64,000 nt of DNA from Eledone cirrhosa (taxonomy: Eukaryota), in NCBI GenBank assembly GCA_964016885.1, contig OZ024743.1, forward strand, positions 359,910,001-359,974,000. Reading direction: 5' to 3'. The first letter of the stretch is position 1. The number at the start of each line of letters is the position of its first letter. Positions 12,612 through 26,296 of this stretch are shown here, one piece after another. Both the position numbers and the translations under genes were made by a program. The notes under the pieces are model-generated. The model ran no database searches, was not told the origin of the DNA, and saw nothing but the letters and a program-made list of their open reading frames with translations.

Positions 12612-13720
12612 GTATTAGATTGGACAGAGGTTTCTCCCCGTTTCTTTAAATTGTATTGACTTTGGCCTTTTTAACATTAGAAATGTTTTACAAGTCAAAA
12701 TAATCGTCACCATTGGCGATTACCATCTGTTATCGTTTAGGAAGGCACATGATTCTATCCCTACAGAATTCTTCTGGCTTCGACTCAAGAATTCCGTCAG
12801 ACATTGGTTTAAATGGTCTGCATTTACAAAAGTCTTTGACTGCATTGAATAGCTCAATGAAAGAAAGATATGATAATCTGTAGGTATGAGGTTGGGAATA
12901 TACGGTGAATATGGCAAAACATCCCAATCTAGCTTCAGCAACTTCTCCTGGATCACCCTTAATGTATGAGGCCGAGCGCTATCCTGAAAGAGCATGGTGT
13001 AGGCGCGCCTCTGTGAATTTCACCGCTTTTCTGTCAAGTTGTCAATAGACGTAGGTGGGAGCAGCTCATAATGGATGACACCTTTCCAATCGCACCAGAT
13101 GCTCAGTATGGCATTGTGAGGGTGGAGGCCAGCTTTGCTTAGAATTGAGGCACACTCTCTTTATCAACCCACGATCGCTTGCGCTTGACATTAATCTAGA
13201 GACAACATTTTTCATGACTAGTGACAATGGAACATATCCAGTTGGTTGTGCGTTGGTAGGAGAAGAGAGAAGTCGCAGCTGTCACAGACATTCACGATTA
13301 CGACAAGTCAGTTTGTCAAACTGGGGTCCTTCCCTTATTGCATGCAAGCGATTAGAAATGGTTGTTAGCGATTCCCCAAGCACTTCGGAGAGTTGACGTG
13401 ATATTTATAGTGGGATCGATTTCACCAGCTCACGAAATTGCTCGTCATAGCAGTGACCCAAATGCATTGTTAATGTGATGATTCGATGCTGGTGCATTAG
13501 GCCAGATTTGAAGTCATAAAGTAAACAGCTGCGAATAAACGTTTTTGATAGGTTCATGCTGCTTCCCTGTGACGACATAACAGAAAATGAGAAATCCATA
13601 TAGTGCACCTCAACTTCACTTCTTATACATATGCGCATGCGTAGCAGTCAACGTTTCCAGAAAACTCTACCAAAATAGCTCCTTTTGAAAAATGGTGGGA
13701 TATTTCTATGTGGCCCAATA
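12612..13720 (-). mobile_element. Decayed mariner transposon
   Basis: QDSARPH..WDVLPYSPYIPNLIPTDYHIF matches mariner HDNARPH/YSPDLAPSDYHLF. N-terminal IRSCLLYDFKSG. TIRs are weak. Confidence 0.85.
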
Positions 13721-13873
13721 TTTTATTTTCACTACAATATTTTATCATTAATACTATTATTATTGTCATCGTGCTTCGTGTTACCTGTGTCTCTCTTCCT
13801 ACAATTGTCATTAACGTTGATGTTATTATTAAAACATGGGTTTCTGTTTTATAGTTAGGACTCCATTTGGTAG

Positions 13874-14070
13874 AAATATTGTTGTAGTTTCCTGTTTTAG
13901 CACAAGGCCAGCAATCATCCCAGTGCATTACTGGTACTTTATTTTATCGAGTCCGTAAGGATGAAAGGCAAAGTTAACCTCGGTGAGATTTGAACTCAGA
14001 CCGTAAACGGCCGTAACACTTTGCTGAAAAGTATGGCGTGCGACCCTCTACAGATACTGCCAATCCACCG
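13874..14070 (-). mobile_element. tRNA-derived SINE, same family as 3371
   Basis: Reverse complement of the same SINE body. Confidence 0.85.
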
Positions 14071-14785
14071 TAAATAATAAATACTCAAAGTATGGATAGT
14101 TTCTTTACTCGGTATAAATGTTATCAAACCATCGATTGTATCTACCATTCAACGCTTTGCAAACATAGTAGACATACTATTTTTGCGTTCTTATATTTGG
14201 GATAATCGTTATCATACTATGTACCCTATGCTATTTGCTACTCATAAGACAACGCATTGATTTCTTGTCATTTGCAAAGAGAACAGAAAGCATCGAGAAT
14301 ATTAACATCCTTCGTGTTTACACATACTTTTTCTCCACTCGATTTTCTCTAAGCAAATTAACTAAACTAGTGTTACGGGGTACAATAATTTAATTTCTAG
14401 AAAGCATCAACGTATATGTCGTATTCAGTATTAGTGAACGATAATAGTGTGTTTTAATTAACGTCGATATGAGGATCATGGAGTTGGCACGAAATCTAAT
14501 TCATTAGAGATTGTAAATTAGCAGAATATATGTCTTAAGATATCTAATTGTAGTTTAACTCCTAGCCAACTTTGATAAAGCAATCCAATGATCAAATACA
14601 GCGAGACTTGATCATCCCGTTTTTTATCCAGGTGTTTTAATTCAATATATCATTTTAAAACCGTTAGAATGTGATTAGATGAAGGTTTCGTTGTTATCTT
14701 TAGAAGTTTTAGCGATAATATAGCAATGAATTCCTGGCTGCATGTTCCTCGATTAAATATCTTTGAAGTCATCTTCATCTTTTAT

Positions 14786-15626
14786 ACGAGGGTAAGTTAA
14801 AAATTATTCCAACTTTCCACACAACATATGTTTAGGTTTGTCACACTGCCTTCTGTTCATGCGTGCTTACAGCAAGTACTATTGTGGTAACGTGGATGAG
14901 GTTTGTGCTTTTTCACGCCAGTTTTCCTGGTGCTGTTACAGCGTAAACATGGCAGCTCCGTTAGCAGTGTACACTTGGATGTTTCCATTCTATAGTCTGT
15001 CTTATGGATTTTACCTCATAGTGGTGAAACCACGTTTCATCTCCTATAACTATTCTACTAAAAAGTTCTTCGCCTTCATTGTTGTAACGGTCAAATAGAC
15101 CCCAGCACGTTTGCGCTTGTGCTCTGCGGTAATCTTGTTAGACACCTCTGGGACAGACTTTATGGAAGCCAAGCTCGTCGTGGATGATTTGGTAGGCAGA
15201 ACCATGAGTAATTTGCAGGGAACATGGTACCTCATCGATGTTAACTCACTGGTTCGCCATTACCATCTCTCAAGCTTGCTGAATCTTCTTGTTAGTAGTG
15301 GAGGTTGACGGGCGTTACGCTTGCCGGCCACTTTTAAAATTCTCGACCCACTCATATATACACAGCAGTGTATGTCACCATATTGTTTTAAAAGCCCCCG
15401 ATGAATTTCAGAGAAATCGGATCACTGCTCTTTGTTCCTCCTTGGTACAAATTGTTAGCGAAGCGGCCATTTTTACATTGTAACGGCAACAAGAAAACTG
15501 GCGCAATGAAGCTCAAATTGCGATCACGTGACCACAAAAGTACCACCTAAAAACATGCATGAGCAGTGTAATAAACCTAAAATCATGTTATGGGGAAAGT
15601 GCTGATAATTTTTGACTCGCCCTCGG
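14786..15626 (-). mobile_element. Internally deleted mariner with TIRs
   Basis: TIR ACGAGGGTAAGTTAAAAATTATTCCAACTTTCC pairs with GGAAAGTGCTGATAATTTTTGACTCGCCCTCG. The minus strand reads IVIGDETWFHHYE..S.RQ..EWKH. Confidence 0.85.
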
Positions 15627-17313
15627 AATTCGGTTTCAGTAAAATAACTTCAACTTGTCACTAGGTAAACGATATCATTTTTTAAACTTACTAAGCATGG
15701 GTAGCTTTTCATTCGAAATTGTTGTGTTTTAGCTCAGTTCATTCAGAAATCTTTCGATTAAATTAAGGTCATTCGAATTGTAACCATCTATCTCTTTTTT
15801 AATCAGACAGAGTACAATCTAGGATCACAATATCTCATACCTTATTACTTTCTAGAAACGGTTTTGTATTATTTGAGGGATATATGGTTTCGATTTCTAA
15901 CCGGTTGCATGAATACTGTTAAGCTTCCTCGGTAACTCGTTATTAAGAGGCTGAAGCACATTCCATTAACTTAAGAAAATATTGTAATTGGAAAATGTAT
16001 CTCCTCCCCGTCAAATATATACAGATAATTGCGAATTGTCATAAGGAACTAGTATAATACGCTAACAATTACTTGAATCCCATTTCCTGATATACAGTTT
16101 CTGAACGAAATTCCTTGTTCTTTTTCTTTATTCTATAAACATCATAAAAGGAAAATACTTCTTCAGTTTTTACATGTCACGAAAAAACAACATAAAGTTT
16201 TAAACGTGATTACTATTACAGTAGGGATATTACTCGATGTTACTGTAGCTTATATCAAAGTCAGCCATGATAGAGCAATGAAACTTAATGGTGTTAATAT
16301 TAGTCACCATTGTTTTCAATTCAAGTAGCAGATTCAAAGCCCGCTTGCGACCTTTCGTATACAAGGAATCAACATTATATTTAGCATTGCTGTTATATCT
16401 GAAACATTGTGCTATACATAAGGCACATTCATAACATGAGAAAATCAGAAAGATAAATCCATGTTTTATATCAATAGCAATAGACTAATTTGATTATGTA
16501 GTAGTCAACCTTTGTTGTATTTTTTTTCATAGATATATTATATTTTCGGAGAAATGTGTTAACCTCAGATCAGAAGAAACATGTTATGGAAAAACAACTA
16601 TAATTTCGATTGTGATCAAGATAGAATCTTCGCTATATTTGAAGTAAAACAGAGGTTGAACCAAAACTTACTAGGCATAGAAAAATGAAATTATTTCTGA
16701 AAATGATATCTATAATTAAATCATAGAGAATGATTTCATTCTTAAAAATTGGAATAATTTCAGAAAAAATAAAATTAAAAAAGAAAGATGAAATGAAATG
16801 CATTCCCAAATATACAACAATGTGATTTCTGCTAATATTTATTTTTATTATCTAAAGGCATATTTTATTATGTAGACGTTTACGATTCTTAATTTAATAA
16901 AAATGAAAATTTATATAGTCAGGCATGCACACTCATCCAATTATACACGCACACACATCAGGTCACAGTCACACACGCATATATATAGTGTGAAACGTGT
17001 GCACGCCAATCGCAGGCAGCAATTTGCTAAGACAAATTATTTCGCTGAAATACATAGAGGTCGGTTCGATTCTTTGCTAATGGTCTGCTGTAACCAGCAG
17101 TATTAAGTCTAGTTTATGGCTGTGCGATTAAGAAGATTGCTTCGTAATCACAAGGCTTCGGGTACGAACATACTGCATGATATTTTGAGCTAATGTATTA
17201 TACTACATCATCGTGTTGACCAAAGCCTTCTGGGTGAAATATGTATTGGGTAGAATATGTACAGAAAAATGCCACACACATACACACATACACACACATA
17301 CACCCTCCCCCCC

Positions 17314-17344
<31 letters not shown>

Positions 17345-17345
<1 letters not shown>

Positions 17346-17690
17346 AATTACAGAAAAATCAAAACTATGTTCAAAGCAATTTTTTTTATTGCTGACAATC
17401 GTTTCTTCCAAACATTCGTTTGGTTCCATCGGAGTATTTGCAAAGTGTATGCATATAATTAACCACCTATTGCACAGAACAATCGTAAAGATATGTAGAT
17501 GTTACTGTTGTTACACTAGTGTTATCAATTATATGTTACTTTTCAAATGCACCGATGATTCCAAACGAAGGTTTGGAAGAAACTATTGTCAGCAATAAAA
17601 TTCTTTGAACATAGTTTTGATTATTCTGTAATTTATATTTCTGCCTTGTATCTGTAAGACATCTGATGTATTTACATTGAGCTATTTTTC
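17345..17690 (+). mobile_element. PLE pseudo-LTR with inverted 5' copy and a variant HHR (17548-17594)
   Basis: Arms ~17345-17445 and ~17540-17637. CCGATGA-TTCCAAAC-GAAG-GTTTGGAA-GAAA-CTATT-GTC^AGC-AATAAA. Confidence 0.65.
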
Positions 17691-17842
17691 ATACTGGTAA
17701 TAATGTGGTAAAAAATAAAAAAATACTGACCTTTTCTGTTTATAATTATATATAGTGTATATATATATATAAGTATAGATAATATTATTATCATATATAG
17801 ACACACACACACACACACATTATATATATATATATAATTCCA

Positions 17843-18157
17843 CTCTACATGGCATAATACAATAAATGTATTCTGAGTTTTTCGAATATTAATAATAACA
17901 TCCGATTCGTTTGCAATTATGCAAAGAAGCCGCAATTTTATACCCATGTCAGTAGAATGAACCCTTCATTCTTGCTCTTGTGTGGGCATGTGAACAGAAC
18001 TGCAGCCACTAATGTTTCTGGGTATCACCCTTCATCAGTACAGCTCACTGTTCACCTGCCAAACTGTCAGAGCTAGTGAATATATATGCTATTTTCCAAA
18101 ATACACAGTGACGGATCGGTGAACAGTGAGCTGTACTGATGAAGGGTGATACCCAGA

Positions 18158-18161
<4 letters not shown>
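17843..18161 (-). mobile_element. Dispersed copy of HHR family 2 with an inverted terminal segment, between (TA)n tracts
   Basis: Homologous to 35957-36235. HHR at 17992-18053 has a mutated cleavage site. Inverted partial HHR at 18119-18160. Confidence 0.8.
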
Positions 18162-18195
<34 letters not shown>

Positions 18196-18200
<5 letters not shown>

Positions 18201-18310
18201 TGAGTGGTTAGAGAATTGGATTCACAATCTTGAGATTGTGAGTTCGATTCCTGGACCGGGCGATGCGTTATGTCCTTGAGCAAGACACTTTATTTCACGT
18301 TGCCCCTTCT
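18196..18310 (+). mobile_element. tRNA-derived SINE head, second family
   Basis: A box TGGCTGAGTGG, B box GAGTTCGATTCC, then GTCCTTGAGCAAGACACTT. Confidence 0.75.
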
Positions 18311-18402
18311 ACCTGGAGTTGCGACCGATAGATAGTATTAGCAACTGGAAAGACCGACGAAAACATTGTTTCCTCGGTCTGATTTGACGAAAGTCGATCG
18401 AT

Positions 18403-18456
<54 letters not shown>

Positions 18457-20454
18457 GTATGTATATATATAAGTTAAATCGTCATCGGTGGTCATAAAAC
18501 ATCAAGAGTCTATAAACGTTGATTGTCCGATCAACACTCAATGGTGTAGGGAAGGAATTGTTTCCTTCAGAGTGCCAATTACTAATTCAATCTTTAAAGG
18601 GCTTTGTATAGATTGCGCAACAATATGTAGACAGAGAACAGAGAATAACAACAACTGATACCCAGAAAGTTCCTGCCATACCTGGTTTTGAAAAGCTAAA
18701 AATAGCATCGACACATGACCGCTAACTTAGACGAGAATAAAAGTTTGAGGTGTGTACATTAGGAATTTACTTCTGTCATCATTGCCGAAATGCAACATGA
18801 GTCGATAAATCTGGATGGTCCCATAAATTCTCGACGATAAACGAACTGAATTTGCTGTCTCAGAGTAGCAATTATTAATTCGATTTTGACATGTAAAATT
18901 CAAACAGAGAATACAGCAACAAATACCAAAAACACGAGACCTCGCATTTGGTGAAAATCCGAACAATGTCATCATATAATCCACATTGCCTATTACTGAG
19001 TCCCGCTTTCCATTTCATGTGATTAGTCTTACACGTACCCGCTTACATCCGACTTGTACGCACACATACATGACCCACCACAATACAATTACATACACAC
19101 ATATGCATAAAAACGTAACCTCCTTTCATCATAAGCTCATACGACCACGTATTCAGACCACATTTTCACAAACCAATATGCCTGCGTCCATACACCTATC
19201 CTACATCTTCACTTACACAATACATTTTAAAGTAATGCTTCAATATTGATAATCTTTAAAGATATAGATATTTTATTTTCTGAGACCAATATGATTGCGG
19301 CAAAATAAAAACAAACCAAGAAAAAATGTAAATCAAGTTGTGGTATTTACTAATATCTAATAACAAATAAATGATGCTCTGAATCAGGCCCGTAAATGAA
19401 TTATATATATACTGCCAGCGATGTCTGAATATTTGAACCACGTAGATAAACAATGTGTATAATTGTATTATTTTTTATTTATATTATGTGTTTTCGCAAG
19501 TATTACACATAGATAGACGTTTTGGTCAAAATACTGGACGAATCACACACTGTAAGAATTATATACGCACCAAGACAGACGGTGTTGATTGTGCAACGGG
19601 AACAACCTGACTCGAATACATTGTCAACGTTGAATGGACAACAATATTTCTATTTCTAAGAAAAGGCTAAGAACGTGGCACATATTGAGTATGATTATGC
19701 ATAATTTTATAATCTTGATGTATCTTCTTCAACTGTTTTAAGTTTTTGAACTTGTGTAGTCGGTAATTCAAGGTATCGTCGTCGTTTGGTATTGTGTGGG
19801 TATCTTGTTGATTCTGATATTTCATATTTGACTTCGTCTACTTAGCATGAAAAAAAAAAAACGATCGTAAAATTGGTTGGTTCAGTATGACTTTGAGCCT
19901 GTCGATTTAGAGTTAGATTCCAGTTAAGAAAATGCGTGGGCAAATGAGTGCTAAAGGTAGTAATTTCTTGAACTTGCACAGTCTACGTGTTATAATTAAA
20001 TACCATATAGTTTTGGAGAATTGAGATATGACACTTTCGCCGACGTGTTGTATGGTACATATCTCTAGGTCAGTTTTAATGAAGAAGATCTTTATGACAT
20101 GGAATCAGTCAGTCAAACGACTAGATGCAAGACACAACTCTATTGTAGCAGATATGGCATATTATACACAAGCTATGGGTTATACTCCACATTCCGACAT
20201 GCGGTGATAAATCGGATACTATGCAAGTGCACGTTTATATGTATTCAGTCTATCCATACAGGATTTTACATTAGGTTGGGGGCAAGCAGTATGAACTTCG
20301 TCACAATATATCTTCACTTAATAGTGATGCGTATTTCAGCACACATTTAGTGCTAGTCACGTTATTGCTGTCATTATACTGCTCTTGTCTGACTGGTTTG
20401 GACTTGTGTTAGGAAAATTATGGATTCAGTAAGCTGTTATAGCAGTGCCCTTGG

Positions 20455-20524
<70 letters not shown>

Positions 20525-20826
20525 TCTCTATGTATATATATATATTTTTACGCGTGAGGGGGTATTGGACAATGAAAGTGAATCAGAATCCGACGATATG
20601 TGCTTAATTTGTTCGTTGTTTTACGATCGTTTCGGGGGGTTAATTCCACACGGTAGATCGATATATATATATTGAAACATAAAAAAACAAATTAAGAAAT
20701 TATGAACAAAACACGTCATAGAGAGGAAATCTTAACTATAATAAAGGGAGGAATGCCGGACAGTGTCCAGAATATATATTTTTAATCCCGTTAGTAAAAT
20801 AAGTTGGATTACTTTCAATAAATAAT

Positions 20827-21005
20827 TGTCTCTACACTTTGGCACAGGGCTAGCAATTAACCAGTACATTACTGGTACTTTATTTTATCGACCCAGTAAG
20901 GATGAAAGGCAAAGTTAACCTCGGCGGGATTTGAACTCAGAATAGCAAGGGTCGTAACTCTATGTGTCAAAGCATGGCGTCCGATACTGCCAATCCACCG
21001 CCCTT
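20827..21005 (-). mobile_element. tRNA-derived SINE with a 23-bp target-site duplication
   Basis: TTGGATTACTTTCAATAAATAAT at 20804-20826 and 21006-21028. An uninterrupted relative of the host repeat lies inverted at ~61245-61530. Confidence 0.88.
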
Positions 21006-21164
21006 TTGGATTACTTTCAATAAATAATGAATGAATATTGCATAATTTATGTACTAAATTTCATAACACATAATTAAACATAGATACTTTTATTGCATAT
21101 TTCAAGAGTCACTTCTTTCAAAAGATTCAAATTTCCATACTTCCGGTATATCGCCACCGGCACC

Positions 21165-21200
<36 letters not shown>

Positions 21201-22088
21201 TGTTATACTTTGGGAGACTCATGTTGCCAATAAGAAAGACACGTACCAGTGCTTTCACTCCAATTTATTATAAATTAAATTCCTAAATTTAAGAAATTTG
21301 TAAATGTCCTGTTGGATGGTTGGCTCCACAACCGGACGGTTGTTCATATATTGTCAAAGTTCTTTTGAAACACATTCTGTGACCTCTTCAGTGACTGGGG
21401 ATTCTTTTCTTTGTTTTGTTTTGTTTTGAGCCTCTCCTTTGTTCTGTCCTACGCCATATTGTTTTTTTGTGTGTGTTGTGTGCTTTGTTTGCGCATGTGT
21501 TACATCCGGGTGTCTGTGTGTGTTTTATTTGTTTATTTATTTGTTTATTTACATGTTACTAGTTGGTTGTTTGTTCTATGTGTGTGTGTTTTCATTTTGT
21601 CCTTTTCAAAGACGTCCCTGTATAGATAATAAATGCATAATCTGTAAACTAAGCCCCCATATTAACTGCAAAACTAGAAAGATAGTATATAGCATAAGAT
21701 GTACTGAGGGACAATGTCAAGATAAGAATATAATGTACCTAGGTGAGACAACTCGTAGTATAGGAGAACGATTAAATGAACACTGGCGAGTGCTTCAAGA
21801 TAGAAAAAAATGATCTGTACTCCACCAACATGCTAAAATAGAACATAAAGGCAAATTAGAGAACATAGAAATAAAAATAAAATCTACACACAGAAAAGAC
21901 AAAATTAAATAGAAAACATGATGGAATAGCAACATCACAACTTACAATTAAGGACAAACTGAAACCACACACACATAGAACAAACAACCAACTAGTGACA
22001 TGTAAAAAAACAAATAAAAAAACAGATAAAAACACACACAGGCACCCGGATGTAACACATACGCAAACTAAGCACACAACACACACAT
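21201..22088 (+). mobile_element. PLE endonuclease fragment with inverted 5' pseudo-LTR
   Basis: CIICK..HINCKTRKIVYSIRC...MYLGETTRSIGERLNEH. Arms ~21470-21603 and ~21950-22087. Decayed minus-strand HHR at 21352-21394. Confidence 0.82.
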
Positions 22089-22382
22089 ACTTTCCTTATG
22101 CATATTAACGGCTGGCAGAAAGGTATACGTTGCTGACGATAGCTAATAAGCTTGAAACTAGTACAGCGTTCCTTTGTCAGTGTTGAACAAATGAGCAACG
22201 ATGGTTGCTAGACACTGTACGGCTTAATTCGGGATCTTCGTTTACAAACACACCGAGCATTATAATAAATGTTCGGTGAATCCATACGTACATATATATA
22301 TGTATGCATGTATACATACATGCACACATATATATACATACTACTGTACGTCTGTATACATATATGTATGTACGTATACATA

Positions 22383-22385
<3 letters not shown>
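22089..22385 (+). mobile_element. Diverged solo copy of family-1 retrozyme-like repeat with intact HHR (22127-22169)
   Basis: ACGTTG-CTGACGA-TAGCT-AATA-AGCTT-GAAA-CTA-GTA^CAGCGT. The downstream body is homologous to the array monomer and ends at (TA)n. Confidence 0.85.
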
Positions 22386-22444
<59 letters not shown>

Positions 22445-22544
22445 TAAAGATTTACATATACACAAACTAAACAAAGTCACAGCAACCATTCACGATGTGG
22501 CTCAATGATGAATTAATCAATTAAATAATCAGAACAACATACTA

Positions 22545-23267
22545 TAAAGTATGTCCATAGAATCATTTGATAATATATATATACACCATTTCCTCTCCCA
22601 ATTAGCATAATCAACCACATAAAACATCAATTAGACCAGGCTATAAGATTAAAAGGCACCTATGAAGAAATATAAGATAAATAAACGACAGCAATCGCTT
22701 CGCGGCCGACCGCCATAAAATCTCGAGCTTCGAACTAGTCAGGAAACAAACTCATAGGACGAAGATTTTTCTTAAATGATCCCCGCCAGAAACAAATTCA
22801 ACATGGCTAAAAATCGTGACGTGGCAGTGATCAAGTCAGAAAGAATGTGATTGATTGCTGGCGGGGATCATTTTAGAAAATTACTTGTCCTACGAGTTTG
22901 TTTCCTGAAGAGTTCGAAGCTCGATATTTTATCCTTAATAGGATATCTCAAAATGCGAACGAACACGAGGGTAGAGACATAATCATGGTAAGTGTGTACG
23001 CATTTCTTCTAACTTTAATTTTATACCTAATTGTGTATGCTTGACGGTATATTTAGTCGATTTCCACGTGCTGTTGAAATGTTGGGTAAACATTCTATGG
23101 CGGTCGGCCGCGAAGAGATTGCTGTCGTTTATTTATCTTATATTTCTTCATAGGTGCCTTTTAATCTTATAGCCTGGTCTAATTGATTTTTTATGTGGTT
23201 GATTATGCTAATTGGGAGAGGAAATGGTGTAGATATTTTATCAAATGATTCTATGGACATACTTTAT
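22545..23267. repeat. Nested inverted repeats enclosing a variant HHR (22899-22979)
   Basis: Outer arms ~22545-22720 and ~23092-23267. Inner arms ~22717-22790 and ~22858-22930. Confidence 0.85.
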
Positions 23268-23284
23268 ATATATATATATATATA

Positions 23285-24060
23285 TTGAAATAAAATAACA
23301 AGGACGATTGGTTACTCCTTCATTAAGTTTATTGGCTGATGATACGCGTCTCGCCACTGACCAGCTCCAGGTTCCATCTGTCATGATCTGACCCGACTCT
23401 GTAGTCCGCAACTCGTCACACCCCGTGTAATGGTAATGGAAAAATGAGTATACATGCCGTATGATAAAGTCTGATGTTCCTATTGTGGTCAGTGAAGTTT
23501 GTTTTGATTGGTGGATTAATTCCTAGGAATGTTTTTGCCTGTAGTGTATGTGTTTGTGTGTGTCTGTGTGTGTGTGTGTGTACAAGTGGGGGGGGGGGTG
23601 ATAAGTTGGTGGTGCCGGTCGTATGTTGAAGTGGGTGGCGGCGTGGGGGTGCTGCTTGTCGGTAGACGTTTAAGGAGCGTTATTATAATCACAAAAATTC
23701 CTTCGAACACAGGCCCAAAAGCTCCCAAACAAGACTGGCTACTTGATCTGGGACCTCAAAGACAAGAACATGGAATACCAGATCAAATGGTCAGTTAAAA
23801 GACGCGTAGCCCAACTCTCCAACGACAGAAACCACTGCAGGTTATGCCTGGCCGAGGCGGCTGAGATCATTAAATTGAAATCGGCCATAAACTCAAGATC
23901 TGACATAATAATAAACTGCAGACACACGAGGATGAACACCTTCTCCGCACAAACATTCGGCCGAGGGCCAGCGACTAAACCTGACTCAACATAGGGATAA
24001 CGACTCTTGCCTTACCACACCGTCCCTCATCTCAGTACCTTTATCCTCTCCTACATGTAA
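23285..24060 (+). mobile_element. PLE endonuclease C-terminal fragment preceded by an inverted pseudo-LTR (decayed minus-strand HHR ~23335-23425)
   Basis: IWDLKDKNMEYQIKWSV...CRLCLAE...INSRSDI..CRH. Confidence 0.8.
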
Positions 24061-24132
24061 CCCATTGTAAGATCCGATCTTGTAAGTATCATGTCGACCG
24101 GGGATACAGAGGCGTAGTTGTTGGCAACGTCA

Positions 24133-25083
<951 letters not shown>

Positions 25084-25179
25084 CTAGATAGTGAAATAGA
25101 ACCGCTGTTTGTAAAGTAAGCTAATTTTCAAAACAACGCTAAGCTCTGTATCTTGATATATATATATATATATATATAT

Positions 25180-25624
25180 GGAAAGTTATATTTAAATTGT
25201 TGGGTTAACAAAGAGTAAATATTTATAACTGATATAAAAGCACTCAACAAGTATTTGGAGTATATTTATGATATTAAATAAATGGAAACTATATTTATAA
25301 AACCATATTTATTTCGTTATATATATTTCAGGGATATCATATTAACAATATGTTATGCCTTCTTCAGACAAAATACAATATAAACAGTCTTATAAATAAA
25401 TAGATACGACATACCTTTCAATCACCTTGCATTTGGGAGGTTGACTGCCAAATCAACCTCCCAAATGCAAGGTGATTGAAAGGTATGTCGTATCTATTTA
25501 TTTATAAGACTGTGTATATTGTATTTTGTCTGAAGAAGGCATAACATATTGTTAATATGATATCCCTGAAATATATATAACGAAATAAATATGGTTTTAT
25601 AAATATAGTTTCCATTTATTTAAT

Positions 25625-25628
<4 letters not shown>
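25180..25628. mobile_element. Hairpin element (inverted pseudo-LTR pair plus tail) with HHR at 25522-25587 and a mirror copy
   Basis: Palindrome centred near 25448. TATTTTGT-CTGAAGA-AGG...CCT-GAAA-TATATATA^ACGAAATA. Flanked by (TA)n. Confidence 0.8.
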
Positions 25629-25699
<71 letters not shown>

Positions 25700-25915
25700 G
25701 AAGAGATTGGGATATTTTTCAACACGCTGAAGGGTTTGTGTGTGCGTATGTGCATATATACATACATTTATATGTATGAGTATATAACTACTCGTGGAAA
25801 CAGACACACTTACAAAAATATACACTCACAGACTTACATTCATACAAATATACACATTTTCACACAAACACATTATTTGTTGCTACTTTGTAGAATAGAG
25901 TTAAAGCCCTTTATA

Positions 25916-26036
25916 ATCTGAGTTCAAATCCCGCCGAGGTTAACTTTGCCTTTCATCCTTACAGGGTCGATAAAATAAAGTAACAGTAATACACTGGGAT
26001 AATTGCTGGCCTTGTGCAAAAAGTAGAAACAATTAT
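25916..26036 (+). mobile_element. 5'-truncated SINE, same family as 3371
   Basis: CTGAGTTCAAATCCCGCCGAGGTTAACTTTGCC...AGTAGAAACAATTATT. Confidence 0.85.
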
Positions 26037-26161
26037 TTGATGTTACAGGTTTTATTAATAGTTGCATAAAAATATAATAATATAATGATTACAACGAAAA
26101 CACAAACAAATATAATATATACAAAGGAAAGGGAAACGAAAAAAAAAAGAGAAAAAACAGA

Positions 26162-26296
26162 AGCAGGTAATACACACATCTAGGACCACATACAACACAC
26201 CAGCAGGTACTACACACATCTAGGACCACATACAATACACCAGCAGGTAATACACACATCTAGGACCACATACAGCACGAAAGCAAGTAATACACA
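26162..26296. repeat. 40-bp minisatellite, left part (continues at 31842-32025)
   Basis: Unit GCAGGTAATACACACATCTAGGACCACATACAACACACCA. Confidence 0.9.

Noticed and set aside
16530-16690. Possible plus-strand exon after TTTTTTCATAG
   Set aside because: Short, no donor or partner exon, and no recognisable domain.
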